A stretch of DNA of 64,000 nt from Phoronis australis. Its lineage: Eukaryota > Animalia > Phoronida. A program made the position numbers and the translations under genes. Position 1 is the stretch's first letter. Each line of letters starts with the position of its first letter. Below are positions 37,301-52,300 of the stretch, one piece after another. The stretch is from the NCBI GenBank assembly GCA_002633005.1, contig NMRA01000072.1, forward strand, positions 392,952-456,951, written 5' to 3'. Below the pieces are notes generated by a model, which was not told where the DNA came from, searched no databases, and saw nothing but the letters and a program-made list of their open reading frames with translations.

Positions 37301-40300
37301 GCGAGAAGCAAGTGAATTAATAATCTCCTTTGAATTTGCTGAATTTGCGTATTCTTGCCTGGCCGTGCATACTTGCGTACTGGAGGCTTGATTTCCATAC
37401 GAATCCGCATTTTTTGCGTATGGTACATAGGTCTGGAATTGTCACAAAAACATGATAAAGTTTTGGTTGTTTACAGTCTGGTGGTCAGCCTTTAAAAACT
37501 GATGGATAATTTTGTGGGAAGTAACAGAATAATTTCTTAATATTTTCAGTGCTTGCTCACTTTACGAAACAAATTGAATACAGCTGGCCTTACCTAACAA
37601 CCTCTGCTTTACTTTTCCAAGCTCCAGCGATGAAGTTTCATCTTTGAACTTGGTGGCAATAGTATCCGCCCACGTGTCATCTAACCTTGTCTTCCTCTCC
37701 TCGTTAGAAGACACTGAAGAAAGCCCTGATTCAATCTCTGAAGTCTTCAATTTCTTTATACTTTGAGATGCCATCTCTTCTGAATCCATGCACGATATGC
37801 TAGGCACAGACTCCTCAGATTTTGAGAGTGGAAAAACATTTGCTGGTGCCTCCAGAATTATTTCCTCACTAAGCCGTTTTTCTTTAAGGCTCTGAGATCG
37901 TTGCACAGAAGCTCTTGGAGGACTTTCACCTTTGGCATAGAGATCATCCTTAGTAAGACTTAATGCTGTCATTTCAACTGTTAAGTTCCTACAAACAAAT
38001 GGAGGGGTAAGAGAATAAGAGAAACTAGCGATGGAGATAACCATAATGTTAGTCTTGCACACAAAAAGCATAATTTATCCAGAGAGAAAATGGAACAAAG
38101 AATTTTAAAAATTATAAGCAAAAATAAATGCTACGGACAATGGGTTGTTAGCAGACTGTACAGCGCAGCCACGTGGACTGTGGACTCTCACTTCAGAAGT
38201 CCATGTTTGAATCCAGTGCTGGCTGACTATAAGAACTGTAGTTGTCTCGTGCTTCACTGACCTAATTTGAGCGTGTAAGAGAGAGTGAATGTAAAGTGAA
38301 TGTGCTGAGGGTCAGCACTGACAAGGTAATGCATGCACGCACGATCGATCCCCTCATTTGACGAAGTGGGCAAAAAGGTCCGCCTCAGAGAAACAAAAAC
38401 TCCGAAAAAAAATAGAAAACGAGACAAAATACTAAAAAGGCAGGCACTACCAAATTCGGCGAATGCACAGTTCATAGCTCTGAATGTACCCCATGAATCT
38501 TAGTAAAAGGTCTACATTCTCAAAATTTGGAGCACCCCCATTTTTTAGGCTGGGTGTGCGCATGTAATGTTCATTTAACGTTATGTGGGACCTAAGAAAA
38601 GTGTAGAACTTTGGCCAACTTGGAAACATCATATCTCAGAAAGGGCTGATTGGATTCATATGAAACTTTTCACATACTATAATTTTGTTCTCCAGAACTG
38701 TTTTTAAACTATTCCAATTTTTCATGAGATGCTATCTAACTAATGACAGATTGGTATAAAATTGAAAATTGAAGTCTACAGGATATCATCTACCATCAGA
38801 TATTTTTTACAACTATTTTATACAGTTTTGTAGATAATTGGCTAAATGGATAGACCTGTCAGTAAGGCCCCAAAAGACCCTTTAACATTTTACAAAAGAT
38901 ACCAGGTATCAGCTTTCTGGGCATTCAGTTCAAACTCACTTTCTGTTTCTCTCTTCAATCTCCTCCAATGTTCTTTGCACAAACCCCGGTTCTGGCTTGG
39001 ACTCCTTTCTGATATGATCTCCGCCTAACTGCGGGACCTCGAAATTTTCGGTCAATGCATTGGCATTCACATTTGCTTCGTCGTCTATGACATCACTTGC
39101 ATCATCACCATGAGAAACAACTCCAATACGCCTCTTTCTAGCACCACTATGAACTTCCAATGTCTCGGCTACATCAAAATTGGATGCTCGCACAAGTCTA
39201 CGTTGTTGCTGTTTCTTAACATCAACCGGACTAGCACTAAAATCCATGGAATCAAAAGCCTTGTTAATGTCTACATGCTTTGCATAAGTTGGTTCAGTGC
39301 GGTTTCTTTCCACCGCAGGTAGTGTATTGCTAAACTCCATCTGAAGGTCAACACCAAAGGAAGGAGCACCATCAAAGCTTCGTTTTCGAAGACGCTCCTG
39401 TATGACCTCGGGGTCGTGAGGATCTTCCTCCTCAGCCTTGATCCAATGATCATCTGTCTTCAATCTCTCATGAGAAGTGAGCTTCTTAGTAGTCCACGTG
39501 GAAGGCATCTGATTCATCTCCTGAAAATCATCGTCATCATCATCATCGTTATCTAGCTGATGCAGTTCTGGAAGGCTGGACACTCGTCGGGTCAGTCCAA
39601 GTTTCTGGGGCGAGGGGTGAGGGGTGCTGAAAGACTTGAAACGTGAACTGGAGTCCAACAGACAGGCATGTTTCGAAGTCAGATCTGTGGTTTTGCTCTT
39701 CATCTTATTCTGGGGGCACAAATCATCTTCTTGGTTAGAAGGACTGTCTAAATGGTCCTCATCCTCTCCATCACTAGACAAAGTCTGGCTTTCGAACATT
39801 GGTTCAAACTCCTCTGCTTCTGTCTCTGCAGAAAAAAACATTGAACATCATTCACTGACTTTGGAAAGTTAGTTCTCAGTTGTTCGCAACGGTCAGTTCA
39901 TACCAATCACGCCAAAATATCAGCCTGTATCTATTAACTAAGAATCTTCGTTCAAGAGAAACACGGACAAGACAAACATTGTACTCAGTGGGCAAGTGCT
40001 CAGTACAATACATTAACTATTCTTTCAATTTCTACAAATCATAAATCCAGTTTGTTCAATAAAAACTAAAGTCCCATGCAGTGCCATCTTTCAAAGCCAT
40101 TGTTTTGTTCATATTTTGTTCAAGTACATTAGCATCTCTAATTACGCATGATAACGCCCTGGACAGCACAGAGTTTACTGAGTGATTCAGCGAAAAGATT
40201 CAATGCCACTAATTTGACTTATTCCAATTTGAAGTTTGCAACTTCAGCCGGACCTAATCAGTGCTGTGTGGGACTCAAAATGTGAAAAGATTCAGGACTT

Positions 40301-43300
40301 CACGTATCAACAGTGATCAAATTTAGGGGCAAAACTTAGACGGAAAATGAGTTTCGTCTCACACATCTGTAAAAACATTAATTATGCCCTCTATTGACAG
40401 CATAGTGAATCACCTACCTGATTTCTCGTCCTCATCAGCTGCTGCATTGCGACAGTCCTCTTCTAAGTCCGTCAACTCAATGCATTTACTTGCCAAGTTT
40501 GTGTCCGATTTAGACCTGTACATGGGCTTCCAGAGAGCGTTGTGTCGCTGACCACTACAAGTAAACAAAATAAAATTGATAAAAACTCAATAATGTTGTT
40601 TATTATACATCCACTTAATTCGGCTTTCGTGTTTTGAATTTCTGTACAACTTGATCACATAGACTTTAAAGGGGTAACACTGAATTTTGCATTTTTGTGT
40701 TAGAATTTGACTCTTCCTCCATTTCTGAGAACAAATTAAAGAAACTGATCTGAAAACTGCAATGTTATCATTTTAATATCATCTCAGAAAACCCTTTACC
40801 CTATATCACTGCTTAGCGCACTTGAATGGTAGCTGACTCAAATGAATCCAAGATAGCCCAAACGCTTAAGCTACAAACTGGCCAATTACTGCAAAAACAA
40901 AACTATAATCATGATGGCTTTATGGTTGTGATTGTTTTTGCTGACTGGAACTGGACTGTACTAAGTTTTTGAAAACAGAGGCAGCATTTTTTGGAAAAAA
41001 GAATTATAAAGAAAAATGAGTTTATGAGTTATGTCTAACAAAGTGTATGGAAAAATTTTTTACACAAGCTAAGGTAAAGTAACCGTTTTTGAGGTTACAT
41101 TTTACTAATTATAATTATAATTATATTTTACTATCCATGGAACATTAGAGAGTGATGCAAAAGGCCCACACCTTCTGTTCTGTGTTCATTTACATTGAGA
41201 AAAGAAAATGTGTGACTCGTTATTGAACACAGTCGGTCGGGTCAATCGTGTTTGCTCAGTGGAAATGAATGCTGAAGGAAGATGTGGACTTTTGCCGAGC
41301 CTTTTGCACCACTTCATATTGTTAAAAGGAGAGTAAACGCATGCCAGGGGAGCAGCAATTTACGCAAAAAAAAAAAACATCTCTCTACGATTACCAAGGA
41401 ACTGTATTTTTCGTAAAAAGGTGTCACGAAAAATGGTTGTTCTGCCCTTTAAAGAAGATGATGGAAAAACGATCAGCGTTTCTACCTCCCAAAAATTAAG
41501 GCGATCTTGTCGACATTTGTCATTTCACAGAGATCATTGTAACTTTCACTAACATGAAATTTTTCGAGACCAAAACAGGAAAATTCTGTTTCTTTATTCT
41601 ATGAGCATGAAAACGCGTCCGCATTATTTATCAAGACATCTGAGCCTGAAAAATTCACCATCAAAAATGAAAACTTAATCATTCTCTTCAGAAGTCAAAT
41701 ATTTTCAAAATATGTCTTCTTAGAATAACAAAATAATTTTATTACTTCACTGTAAATCGGCCTTAATATGAGTGAGTACTTAATACAGAAGTCCGACAAT
41801 AGTAAGATCGGGCACAACAAAGATATGTGAATATTAACAAATTTATATTTGTTCCATAATTATCATTCTGTGGTAGCCCGTCAAATGAAAAGCAGCTGCG
41901 CAGTAACTTCTTTAAAACCAAAACACACCCCTACCTGGCATCTAGAATCCCCTTGTATGTCTCCAGCTGTTCCATGAAGCCACTGTTGGGCCGTATGATG
42001 GGTCGCCTCTCCGCCACGTACTTGATAGTTTCCTCAAGGGATGAACCGTACTCCTTCATCACGAAGGCGATGACAGTGGAAGCGGACCTACTGATACCCA
42101 TCTTGCAGTGGACAAACACGTGACCACCCGCCATCCTGGTATAGGAAAAACAACAGATTCCATGAGGACATTCACGAAGGCCACGATGAGAGAAATGGCA
42201 CGGTGAATTAACACACGACAACCCTGCCCTCTCGACATAAAAATGTGCACAAAGAGCAGAACCTTTGTAGTAACATCGCGTAAAACACTGAGGTGATAAG
42301 ACACCGAGACTGTAGTAAGCTGAAGGCATCCACACCATAAAAATAAAAACAATCCATTCGCTGGTTAGTCTAGGATGGGTTCAAGAACACCAGACACTCA
42401 AAGCATACACGGCAGAAGTGTTGGCTACTTTGGGTACTCTGGATGCGCATGCAGTTTATCTTCCACAACTTAACATTCCTTCATAGCTAACAGTTTATTT
42501 TTATTGGCAGCTAATTCAGTGTGTGCCAGATAGGTGGCGAGCTTTATTGAGATACACTGCGCAAAGCAAGATTTTACGTTACACTAGCTTGACCTTGCAG
42601 CTCAGCTATCCTCGGATAAAAGAGAACAGCAGAGAACCAAGCACGTGGGCAAGGTGTACAGTCCCTCACCTGGCTTTGTGTATAAACCTGTAGCTCTTAT
42701 CCCAGTACTTGAGTAAATCGGTCTCCTCTTCATCAAATTCTCGGATGTTCATGTACTCGAACATGCCAGGGAAGAAGTTGTCGATCTCACGCGTACAGTT
42801 CAGAATGTGAGTTATGCTGAAATACACTGGGTCAAGTAAAACAATTTGTATTTGTATGACTTTGCATGCAGTGACGTCCATCAATTTAAAAAAAATCTGA
42901 CAAGCAAATTACATAAAAGAAAAAAAAACAGTCAACCAGACACTTCACAAGTCAACTTAAGCCAAATATGACTCACGCTACCATCAAATTTCGATTCGGA
43001 AATTGACTGTACGACAAACTTTTACAAACTTCTAGATTTCAAGCATTGCAATTGGTCTACCTTTGAGTTGAGCCTCAAGCGACATTTGGCTGTCTTGAGT
43101 GTACAACTTCCACAAGTCAACATTTGGAACTCAAGCATCCCAGTTCTGAAATTCCTTTCAATTACACAGTGGAGACAATACAATCTATACTGACCCCAAA
43201 TCCAGAATATCCACACGGGAGAGCAAAATGCTTACTCATGCTGGGAGCACGTCCCTAACACCCTCTCATACAGGGCACCCTGCACTTCTTGGGCCACACT

Positions 43301-46300
43301 GCAATCTAAACCATTCAAACACGGACGAGTGTCCACCTACCCGTTCTTCCTAAGTTCCTCTAGGTTACCAGCATTCCACTCAGTGCCCAGATAGAGATAG
43401 GAGAATATCTCAGAGGCCGAGTCCATCTGACCCAAGATGATCAGACTCTCCTGGTCAACGAAGCCACGATAATCTTTCAAACTCATGCCCATTCTTTCTT
43501 CCACAGTCGTGCGCAACTGTCACAAAAGATCCGATGATTGTAATACTTCTACACCCACTTCATTCTTTTATATCAACACATACCATATATACCCAAGAAT
43601 GAGCCAACTTCACTTAACAGACACGATTCTCAAACAGAATACTCCTCCAAGATGAGCCGTAGCTGTTGCAAAAGATACCAATAATATTGTAAAACTTTGG
43701 TAGTTACTACAGTGCTTTAATTCCAAATGTGTAGTAAATACTCATGAATAAGATGACGTCGTGTGTAAGGCTTCTCCTGACCAGTGCAAAATTCCTCCAC
43801 TGTTGTATGCAGGTGACGTTATACTTAACATACTGAATAATCTGTTTAGTACATGTCACTAAGATCATAAAATAAATTGATTTCATTCATGATACTTATT
43901 CACACCATGACTGTACTAAGTGACAGTCACAACATTGTTTTTACACTGGACTTGACTGCAAAATACATGCAATAGGGCAACTCCCCCAGTCGAACAAGAC
44001 ATTCCTCCACAGTAGCACCCAGCCGTCAAAAAAGATACGATAGCAACACTGCGACAGTTAACTACAGTATTTTAATCAAAATATGCTGTAAGTATCTACA
44101 AATATAAAAAATAATTACAGGACGTCTGATACATGTTGTACCAAACATGTGCAGACTACTGAGGTGGGCCCATTGCACTGATCACATAGAAACATTTTTA
44201 TGGTTTAGTAATTATACAGTTAAAATCGAGCTGAGGAGCTAGAGACCTGACTCAAGGGTCTAGCGGTGTGGTCCAGTCGGACTCGAACACACGACCTCAA
44301 GTAAAGGAAGAGAACACTTGTCACACTGGGATAACAACAAATAAAAAGACTAGGAGACCAGCTCCTTTCTTCAGCTTCAAATTTAGGATGGAACACAACA
44401 AGAGATAAAAGAACGGCCTCATCCACTTTTATTTTTGGATATTCGCTTTTTGTCATAAGAATATTAATTAGTTTTTAAACCTCCAACTAATCGCTAACTC
44501 TCATATCCTATTTTTATTGAATGAAATGATCTACTTGATTGAAAGTTGACATAACGTCATCTTACAAAAGCCGATTTAATATCAAATACAGTCTAGTAAC
44601 AATGGTATATGTCAAGTACTTTAATATCTAAAGAGTGTGTAACACTTACAAATTTACCGGATACTTCGTCCAAGTCCACCTCCATCATAACTTGGCGTAA
44701 GTGTTTCGATATCAGCTTCTTCAACTCAATTTCTGAAGCAGTTCTACAATTTGATATTCAGAACCACTCTGTTATTGCTTAGAAAAATCAAAGATAAAAC
44801 TATAAAACAAATGAACAGTGCTGTGTTAAGCTCTCAACAGAGGACATCACTTAAATGGTAAGGATACTGGTCATTGACAGATTGACTGCTGTGTACCAAT
44901 GACAGACATTTGCGATAGCCTTAAAAACAGCATGCCACCAATCATGGCAGGATGGGAGGTCAGCCATGCACAATTGTACGTCTGTATGTAAACAGGTGCT
45001 TGCATGCATACACTCACATATGCAAGTCTGAGTGCAGGTAAAGAACTTGTTATAATAATTTTTTAATATCATCATGAACATACCCTTCCAGTTCTTGTCG
45101 GACAGACCACAAATCCTCCATCATATTCCTGAAGAAAAAGTTTCATTACTGCTTTAATTTCAGAATTGATGAAAATGCTATAATGCACATACTGAAGCGT
45201 TCCTTTTTAACGTCCATCATCGAAAAGCGATAAAATGCGTCAATCTTATATTAGATGATAAAAAAATTCATGAAAACCCACTAGATCCAAGTTCCTTCGA
45301 CATGTCTTTAATGAGCTTAAATAGAAGGTACACTGTGGAGGGAGGATGGAGTACGTTGCAATCCTTGTGGGCCTTTAAGCACCTTGAACATAAGAATTTG
45401 ACAATTTGTTTCCTTGTCTTCCTTCTTCACTTTACTACTTGTGACAAACTCGACAGATTTTAGTGAATATTTATTACACTGATAAACATCTCAAAACTAT
45501 ACTTCGCCTTATGATGGAGATCAAAAATACCCATCTTACCATTCATTAAGCATGCCCTGTTCCGAGTTGACTCTAGATTTATAGTAGGTAATCCATGCGT
45601 GGGAGGATCCCCCTGGATGGTAGTACTCCCTGTGGCTAATCTCACAGCAGGTGTGCAAGCTCTGTAGGACTGACCACATGGCCTGCACCGACAATGGCTT
45701 GAAGATGTGCTGCCTCATGTTGGACCGGACGAAGAAACCCCTGGAAAGACCACAGACATTTTATTTGGTATTCGGTTTCATAACAGCTGCACCCACTTAG
45801 CAAAGTCACCACAAACCTGACTTCTTCAGTAAACATTGAGAACGAGTTGTTTTCGCATTATAAGGTTCTGCTTGTCGAAAACAATTAGCTTGAATGACCA
45901 ACCAAAGTGATATAGTTATTCCGGATAACTAAAAGGCTCGAATGACTGTTTCCTTTTAAGCACAATGCACCACTTTTTGCTGTTATAAACACATCTTCTG
46001 TTGAAAATCTAACTTTTGGTAAACAATACTTACAGTGATGAACTAGGTCCCAACTTTTTCCTTATTTAAGTCATAGATAACTTTGGGCTTAAAAAGAATT
46101 GGCAGTTCATTGCTCGAGACCCACGTCAACACATTCTCTTGTCACAGCAGACCATTTTATGCACCGAGCACGAACTGAGCTCAGAAATCACTATCATCTC
46201 AGATGACCAAAACTAACTCAGTAGGTTTTGGCCATTTTTGGCGGTAAGGTCTATAGCACCATTAAACTGAGCTTTTTTTCTGTTTCAATCGCATTTCAAA

Positions 46301-49300
46301 AATCTTTTTACTAATCATTAAGGAATCTAAATGATTTTTTTTTTTGAAAATAAGGTTCTGATAAACTCGAAACGTACCCATCTCCGTCCAGCCTCACACT
46401 GGTGTCTGCCCATAGAGGGAGCACTAATCCAATGGTGACCACTTCATTGCAGTCAAATCCTAGAATACAACTCTCTTCATTCTCTGATGTCCCAATACAG
46501 CTCACCACAGCCATGTAGCGCACTCTGTTGGCGTGTGCACTCTCTAACTTCACAGCCTGTTGGCAAAGTGCCACAATTAATAACAAGTTCTCATTAATTT
46601 ACACATTTAAGAACACAAGATTTCAACTGAATTCTTTAGAATTGTATTGAGCACAGTTTAGGTAATATAACAATTACCTTGGGACATTCCCTTTCATACA
46701 ATGCTGAGTGTCAAATGTTTTGGTTTAAATAATTAAGAACCCTCACAAAAACTGAGTCGTGAAAAAGGTAAGATAACTTCTCGTTTTCTACGGTTAGGTT
46801 AAAAAAGTATACTTGGTTCTTGTCTCTACCCAGAATCAAAACATGGCACCATACAAAACACGAATGTGATTAGAAGAAAGTCTTTTACCCATTAAATCCT
46901 AGATGAAAGGCAACTGAATGTTTGGAATCTTCACCAAAACAGACTCTTCTGCTTACTATGGGTAATTCCAAGTTTTCATCATTGATAAATGAAAAAGTCA
47001 GCACTTGTGAATTAGTTGTGAGATACAAGTGAAACAGCAAGTACACATGAGATCACCAGTAATCATTTGCTTCAAAAAGTTAAAAGTTCACTTCTTTTAT
47101 GCAGACCAAAACAACATCTGCTTCTGCAAGTTTATACACAATTATCAGTTATATATTTGATTCTTTAAGACATTCTTTCCACTTTCTTTTAGTTAAAAAC
47201 TTCATTAAACAGATTTTAACGCAAGTCAGTTTAGTCGAAACTTAAGCACAGATAATACTCTTTCAGCACAACTCCAAATATTTTCAAATTTAACTGAATT
47301 TGATATGATTTTTTAGTTTAATTTATATTTTTGGAACAATTCTCATCCTCACACACATGCAGTTAAGGTATTTGTACAATATGTTTCTCACTTAACTGGT
47401 TCACCCTAGAAAGTGAAGTGTACTTACCACTTTTATAGTATCCTCTGCTCTCAGCATATAAAACATGGACTGGAGGTGATTTTGTATGTCCCCTACAACA
47501 AACATTCCGCTTTTAAACTGCATTTCTCATCTAACAATGTACTGCATGGTATATAAATTATCAGAATCCATTTCACTTCTAATCCGAAAAGTCACATTTA
47601 ACATAAAACACAAACATTAGCATTTACAGATAAATGACTCCATCACAAAGCCACAAAGTTTCAGCCAAGACAAGTGTGCACGCCCATTTCACAAAGTAGC
47701 ATTCCTTTCCTACATCCAGTCTACACATGAGAGTCACAACATAGGCAATATTTTTGGTAAACTAGTTATGTCTGCTGTATATTTTTCAATAGTCGTTTTT
47801 AATTTTCTCCTTGCACTCAACACAAAATGAAGTCACAGGTGCAACTGATTTTCCATGCCACATTATCAAACAATAACATTAGCGCAGTGTGTTCCATTTT
47901 GAATAGAACCAAAGACAAAAACCGTCACACGTCAGCTGAACTTATCCTGGCAAAATAAAATTTAGTACCTGTTTAAGAGAAAAAGCAACCATTTTTACTG
48001 AACCCTTTAGTAAAACTACAGATCCTTGGACAGTCATTTTTCCATATAACTATAGGTCACTGGCCTTATGAACACAAACAGTAAAGTGGCTAAATGAGCA
48101 AAATACAAATCTCGATGCAGAAAGCGTAAGAGTCACGTAAACGATATTTTGTTCACAAACCCTCCAATAGTCTCTTCCTAATTTTAAAGGCTGTCATTGC
48201 TCTGTAAAACAGCAAGCAAGTACAATTTTCAGGGATGAAAGGCAACATGTTTAATCTCAAATCCTCCAACACCTGACATACACAAAGAAAATGATACTCA
48301 TATGTTCCTCTGATATGAAATTGCTATCTAACGAACAATAGAAAGCAAACAGATTGGCCCAATAAAAAGCCACCATCTAAGTTACGTTCATTTCCATTGA
48401 GCAAACAGAAATGATCAACATGGTCTGCGTTCAATAGCGAGTAGGACATTGAGAAATAAACATGGAAAATGTATCTCTCCAAGATAACCAGGGATCTATA
48501 TTTTTACTAAAACATAACATCAGTTATGGTTGCGTTCCCCTATAAGACAACAAATATTACAAAGGGGCACTGCACCACCAATGTGACATAACATCATCAT
48601 GTTCTCAACACTACACACAGTTCAACACCAACCTCCAGTCATGCACGAAGCCTTGGTGACATTGCGGATACATTCTCCCTGTGGCAAGATCAAGGCTGCA
48701 CCCTTGATAGTAAAGTAGCTCTCACTGAAGCTGAAATATAATATATGAACATGTGCAATACAGTATAAGATAAGATGTAATGCCCTCACTAACAGCCGTC
48801 TTAGAAACATATACATATAACAGTGGTGAGAATTATTAATCTCAATATTTGCAAAGCACTTATGACAAGCACTCCTATAATTAACACTTATACATGATAA
48901 ATGTGTTCCATTATAGGTGTACAGTAACTCGAAGTGCATATTATAAAAAATAAAACACAGGTTTTGCAGCCATTAAAAGAGTTCTCTTAGAATGCCGACA
49001 ATAGATAGTACAGCCAATATATTCTCATCTCCTCCAACAGTAAATCGTTTGCAGGTTTTCATTTACTTAGATTCACTCAACTCATTATTTAATATTCATT
49101 TTTCAAAACACGATGACAACAACAACGCCATTTGAATTTAAAAAAGTTGGAAACCACAATTATTTTTCGTTGACTCACACAAGTCCACAAACCATACCCT
49201 GGCATTTCAACGATGCCACGGCACTTATTGATCTACATCTAAACCCCCAGGGGGGTCGATATCAACCCCCATGCCAACGATAGACATTAAGTGATCATCA

Positions 49301-52300
49301 AGCTGCAGTTGATATCTTTTAAAATACATAAAGCTGGGTTGAGTGCCTCTTTACAGGAGGCAAGGATTTATTTTGTGTTCAGCATGAGTACGTTAACAAT
49401 CCAAGAATTAGCAAACCTTTACAACGAAGCGAAGCGTTATCATTATAAAAACTCAGTCACTTCGAAAATTGTTTTGAAAAATAAGCAAATAAATACACTT
49501 TTCCTGGCTCTGAAGGCACCTAACTTGGGCACAGAATTTCTATTAACATGAACAGCGCCTAAAAATATACAAGGAATGGGGAAATAGTGCGAGATCTGGT
49601 AATGTACAAGTCATGCAGGGTGCATTAAATCAACCAGTCATGCAATAGATACTGCAAGGGGTGGAAACTAGAGAATAGGATATGAAAATCATCTCGGTCA
49701 AGCAAACCAGTTTGTTCTGTGCAAGTTAAGAGGTGTTATCTAGGGTACTTGGTGGTGGTATAATAGGCCAGTACACCAACAGTAGGAATGTTATCAGTGA
49801 AACAGTGTGTAAAGCATGGCTATCTACAAAGCAACGCCCTTGCAGAAACAGTTTCAGAGGCAACAATAAAATGAATGAAAATCAGAGACTGGAACACAAA
49901 CCTAGATACTACGCAAGCTGTGACTTCGTAGTTAAAGCTACATTTCGCATTGTTTAGCTGGCTAGAAAACAAAAATGCAATTAGGCCTTTGACTCTCATA
50001 AAAACCGGTCTTATAATCATCCTTACAGTGAAAAGATTGGATTTCTCTTACTATCTCAAGTCACAGACAATTAGTACACTGACTATTTTCCAAGTTGTAA
50101 TATCAGGGTAGGCCAACCCCAATGAACTCTGAAGGGTTTTCTTGAGTTGATGATGGTTTTGATATTATTGTTGGTAACAGAAATAGAATATGATGATAAG
50201 GAATATTATGAGACCGATTTTATAAGAGTAACAGGACTGGTTTTGTTTTTGAGCCAGCTAAATAGGGCAAAATGCAGCTTTAAACTGTTGAAGGTCATTT
50301 CAGGATTTCATGTCCGTTTCACCGAGGCCACGTCAAAGTAAATAATGAGGAAATTGTGCGAGAAAATTATATCCTTTCATAATAAATATGTTATCTTTAT
50401 GAATACTAAAATGTTATTGTTTTATCAATATCTTTATGATTTAAGTACTAGTAATATCCTGATTCCAAAGTGCTGCAAACAATTTTGAAAAAATGATTTA
50501 AATACGACACAGGAAAGACACAAAGGCAACGTGAAGTTCTACAATCTACGCACAGGAAGGGCTGCTAAAAGAAGACCGTACATGCTTAATGCTCAATCAT
50601 AGCCACGAGCTGTTGCAACTCTAAATATAATAATGCAAAAAGTTAGATTAGAATAAGCATTCTTTGACCTATCAGCAATATTCAGGGTCAGGCCACCCAA
50701 ACAGCTTAGTTGCAAATCTCACCGTAATTTTGATATGAATCTAACACTGTTGACAAGTTTGCGTAATTTTTTCAGTGCAGACTTGGAGGATCTGAAATTC
50801 AGTCAAAGTTGTTGATAATTAGGAGACTCTAATTCCCATGCATAACGCAAGACATGCCAAGCAAAACAAACGGAGGAATGGCGACATTAGATGACACTGG
50901 CTGACTGAAATCAGTGAGGTGTGAATTGGGTTAGAACAGCTGAGAAACTTATAACCAGATGATAAATTGATAGGATTTTCATGTAAAATACAACTTACGA
51001 TGTGTCTTGCTGTTGTGCTTCACACGTTCTTTAGAATTACGCAATGTATTTATAATAAGTTAAAATAATGAAAACATAGATTGTGAAAGAAACAACAACA
51101 TGGACGCATTTTATCAAAGGTCGTAAAAGTGGTCACGTGCAGGTTACTGCAAACCCAACGCAGCATCTTTGAAGAAGAGTAAAAATATTGTAACCAATGT
51201 AAATCTGATAGTTTTGGTATTTAGACTTAACAACTGCCTCCATGAGATACAGTCATCTTAGCTAAGACCACATTTATTATCGTTGATAAAACTGGCCCCA
51301 GATGATTACAAATTACTGAAACAAGTATTCAAAGACAACAACTTGACCCAATGTTAAACAGCCACGTCCCGAATTCAAATCTCCTCTTTGGAGGTAGAAA
51401 ATGTATCATGTGATTGATACAACTTTTAAAAACATCAAAGGTCCGAGACGAAGACACACTGTGCCCTTCTCAGCTTGTCACATTCAGTGCATTACATCTC
51501 TCTGTGCAACAGTTGGCATTGAACCTAGGCAAAGAACTACTTTTGATGTAAAATAGTGTTAAGCATGGCAACACCACTCTACTGATGCACAGCGTTTAGA
51601 GTTAATACCGCATCATCAGAGAGGGCGCAATGGTATTACAGGAAGTGGCTATTTGTCTACAACGTACAGTTCTATCGTTAACATGATGTGCACTGCCTAA
51701 GGACGTCGTCATGGTGCTAAAAAATTTACATGATCTATATAATTTTATACATGTATTAATAGTAAGTATTTAGACAATTTACATGCTCCAAAAGAAAGCT
51801 TTCCCTTTTTCCTTCAAGTGTTTAATAAGAACAAAAAACATGATGCTGATTCTAACAAATGGATACCAATATTTTTCCATAATGCTACAGATACCAGTTT
51901 CACATGACACCCTTGAAAATTAATTATGCAATACACTAATGTGTGTATGCCCTGTGATTCTCCACCAAAAGTTCTTTTCAATTAATCCTCTAACTGTGAA
52001 TACTTCCCCAAACTCACCTGTCTTTGATTAAAATGTTATGTAAGACCTTATCGAAAAGTCTATGTAATTAGCCAAATATCTACTGAATTATTGATTTTAA
52101 CTCATAGCAAAACAACACTTCGTTTTTCATTTGATATAATATTAAAAAAAAAAATAATTGCAGGTGGTCTGATACACGTTGTAGCAGACGTGCGCAGGCC
52201 TCGCATGTGGGCCCATTGCACTGATCACCTGGAAATATTTTTATGCTTTATTAATATATGGTTAAAACCGAGCTGAGGAGCAAGAAACCTGGCTCAAGGG

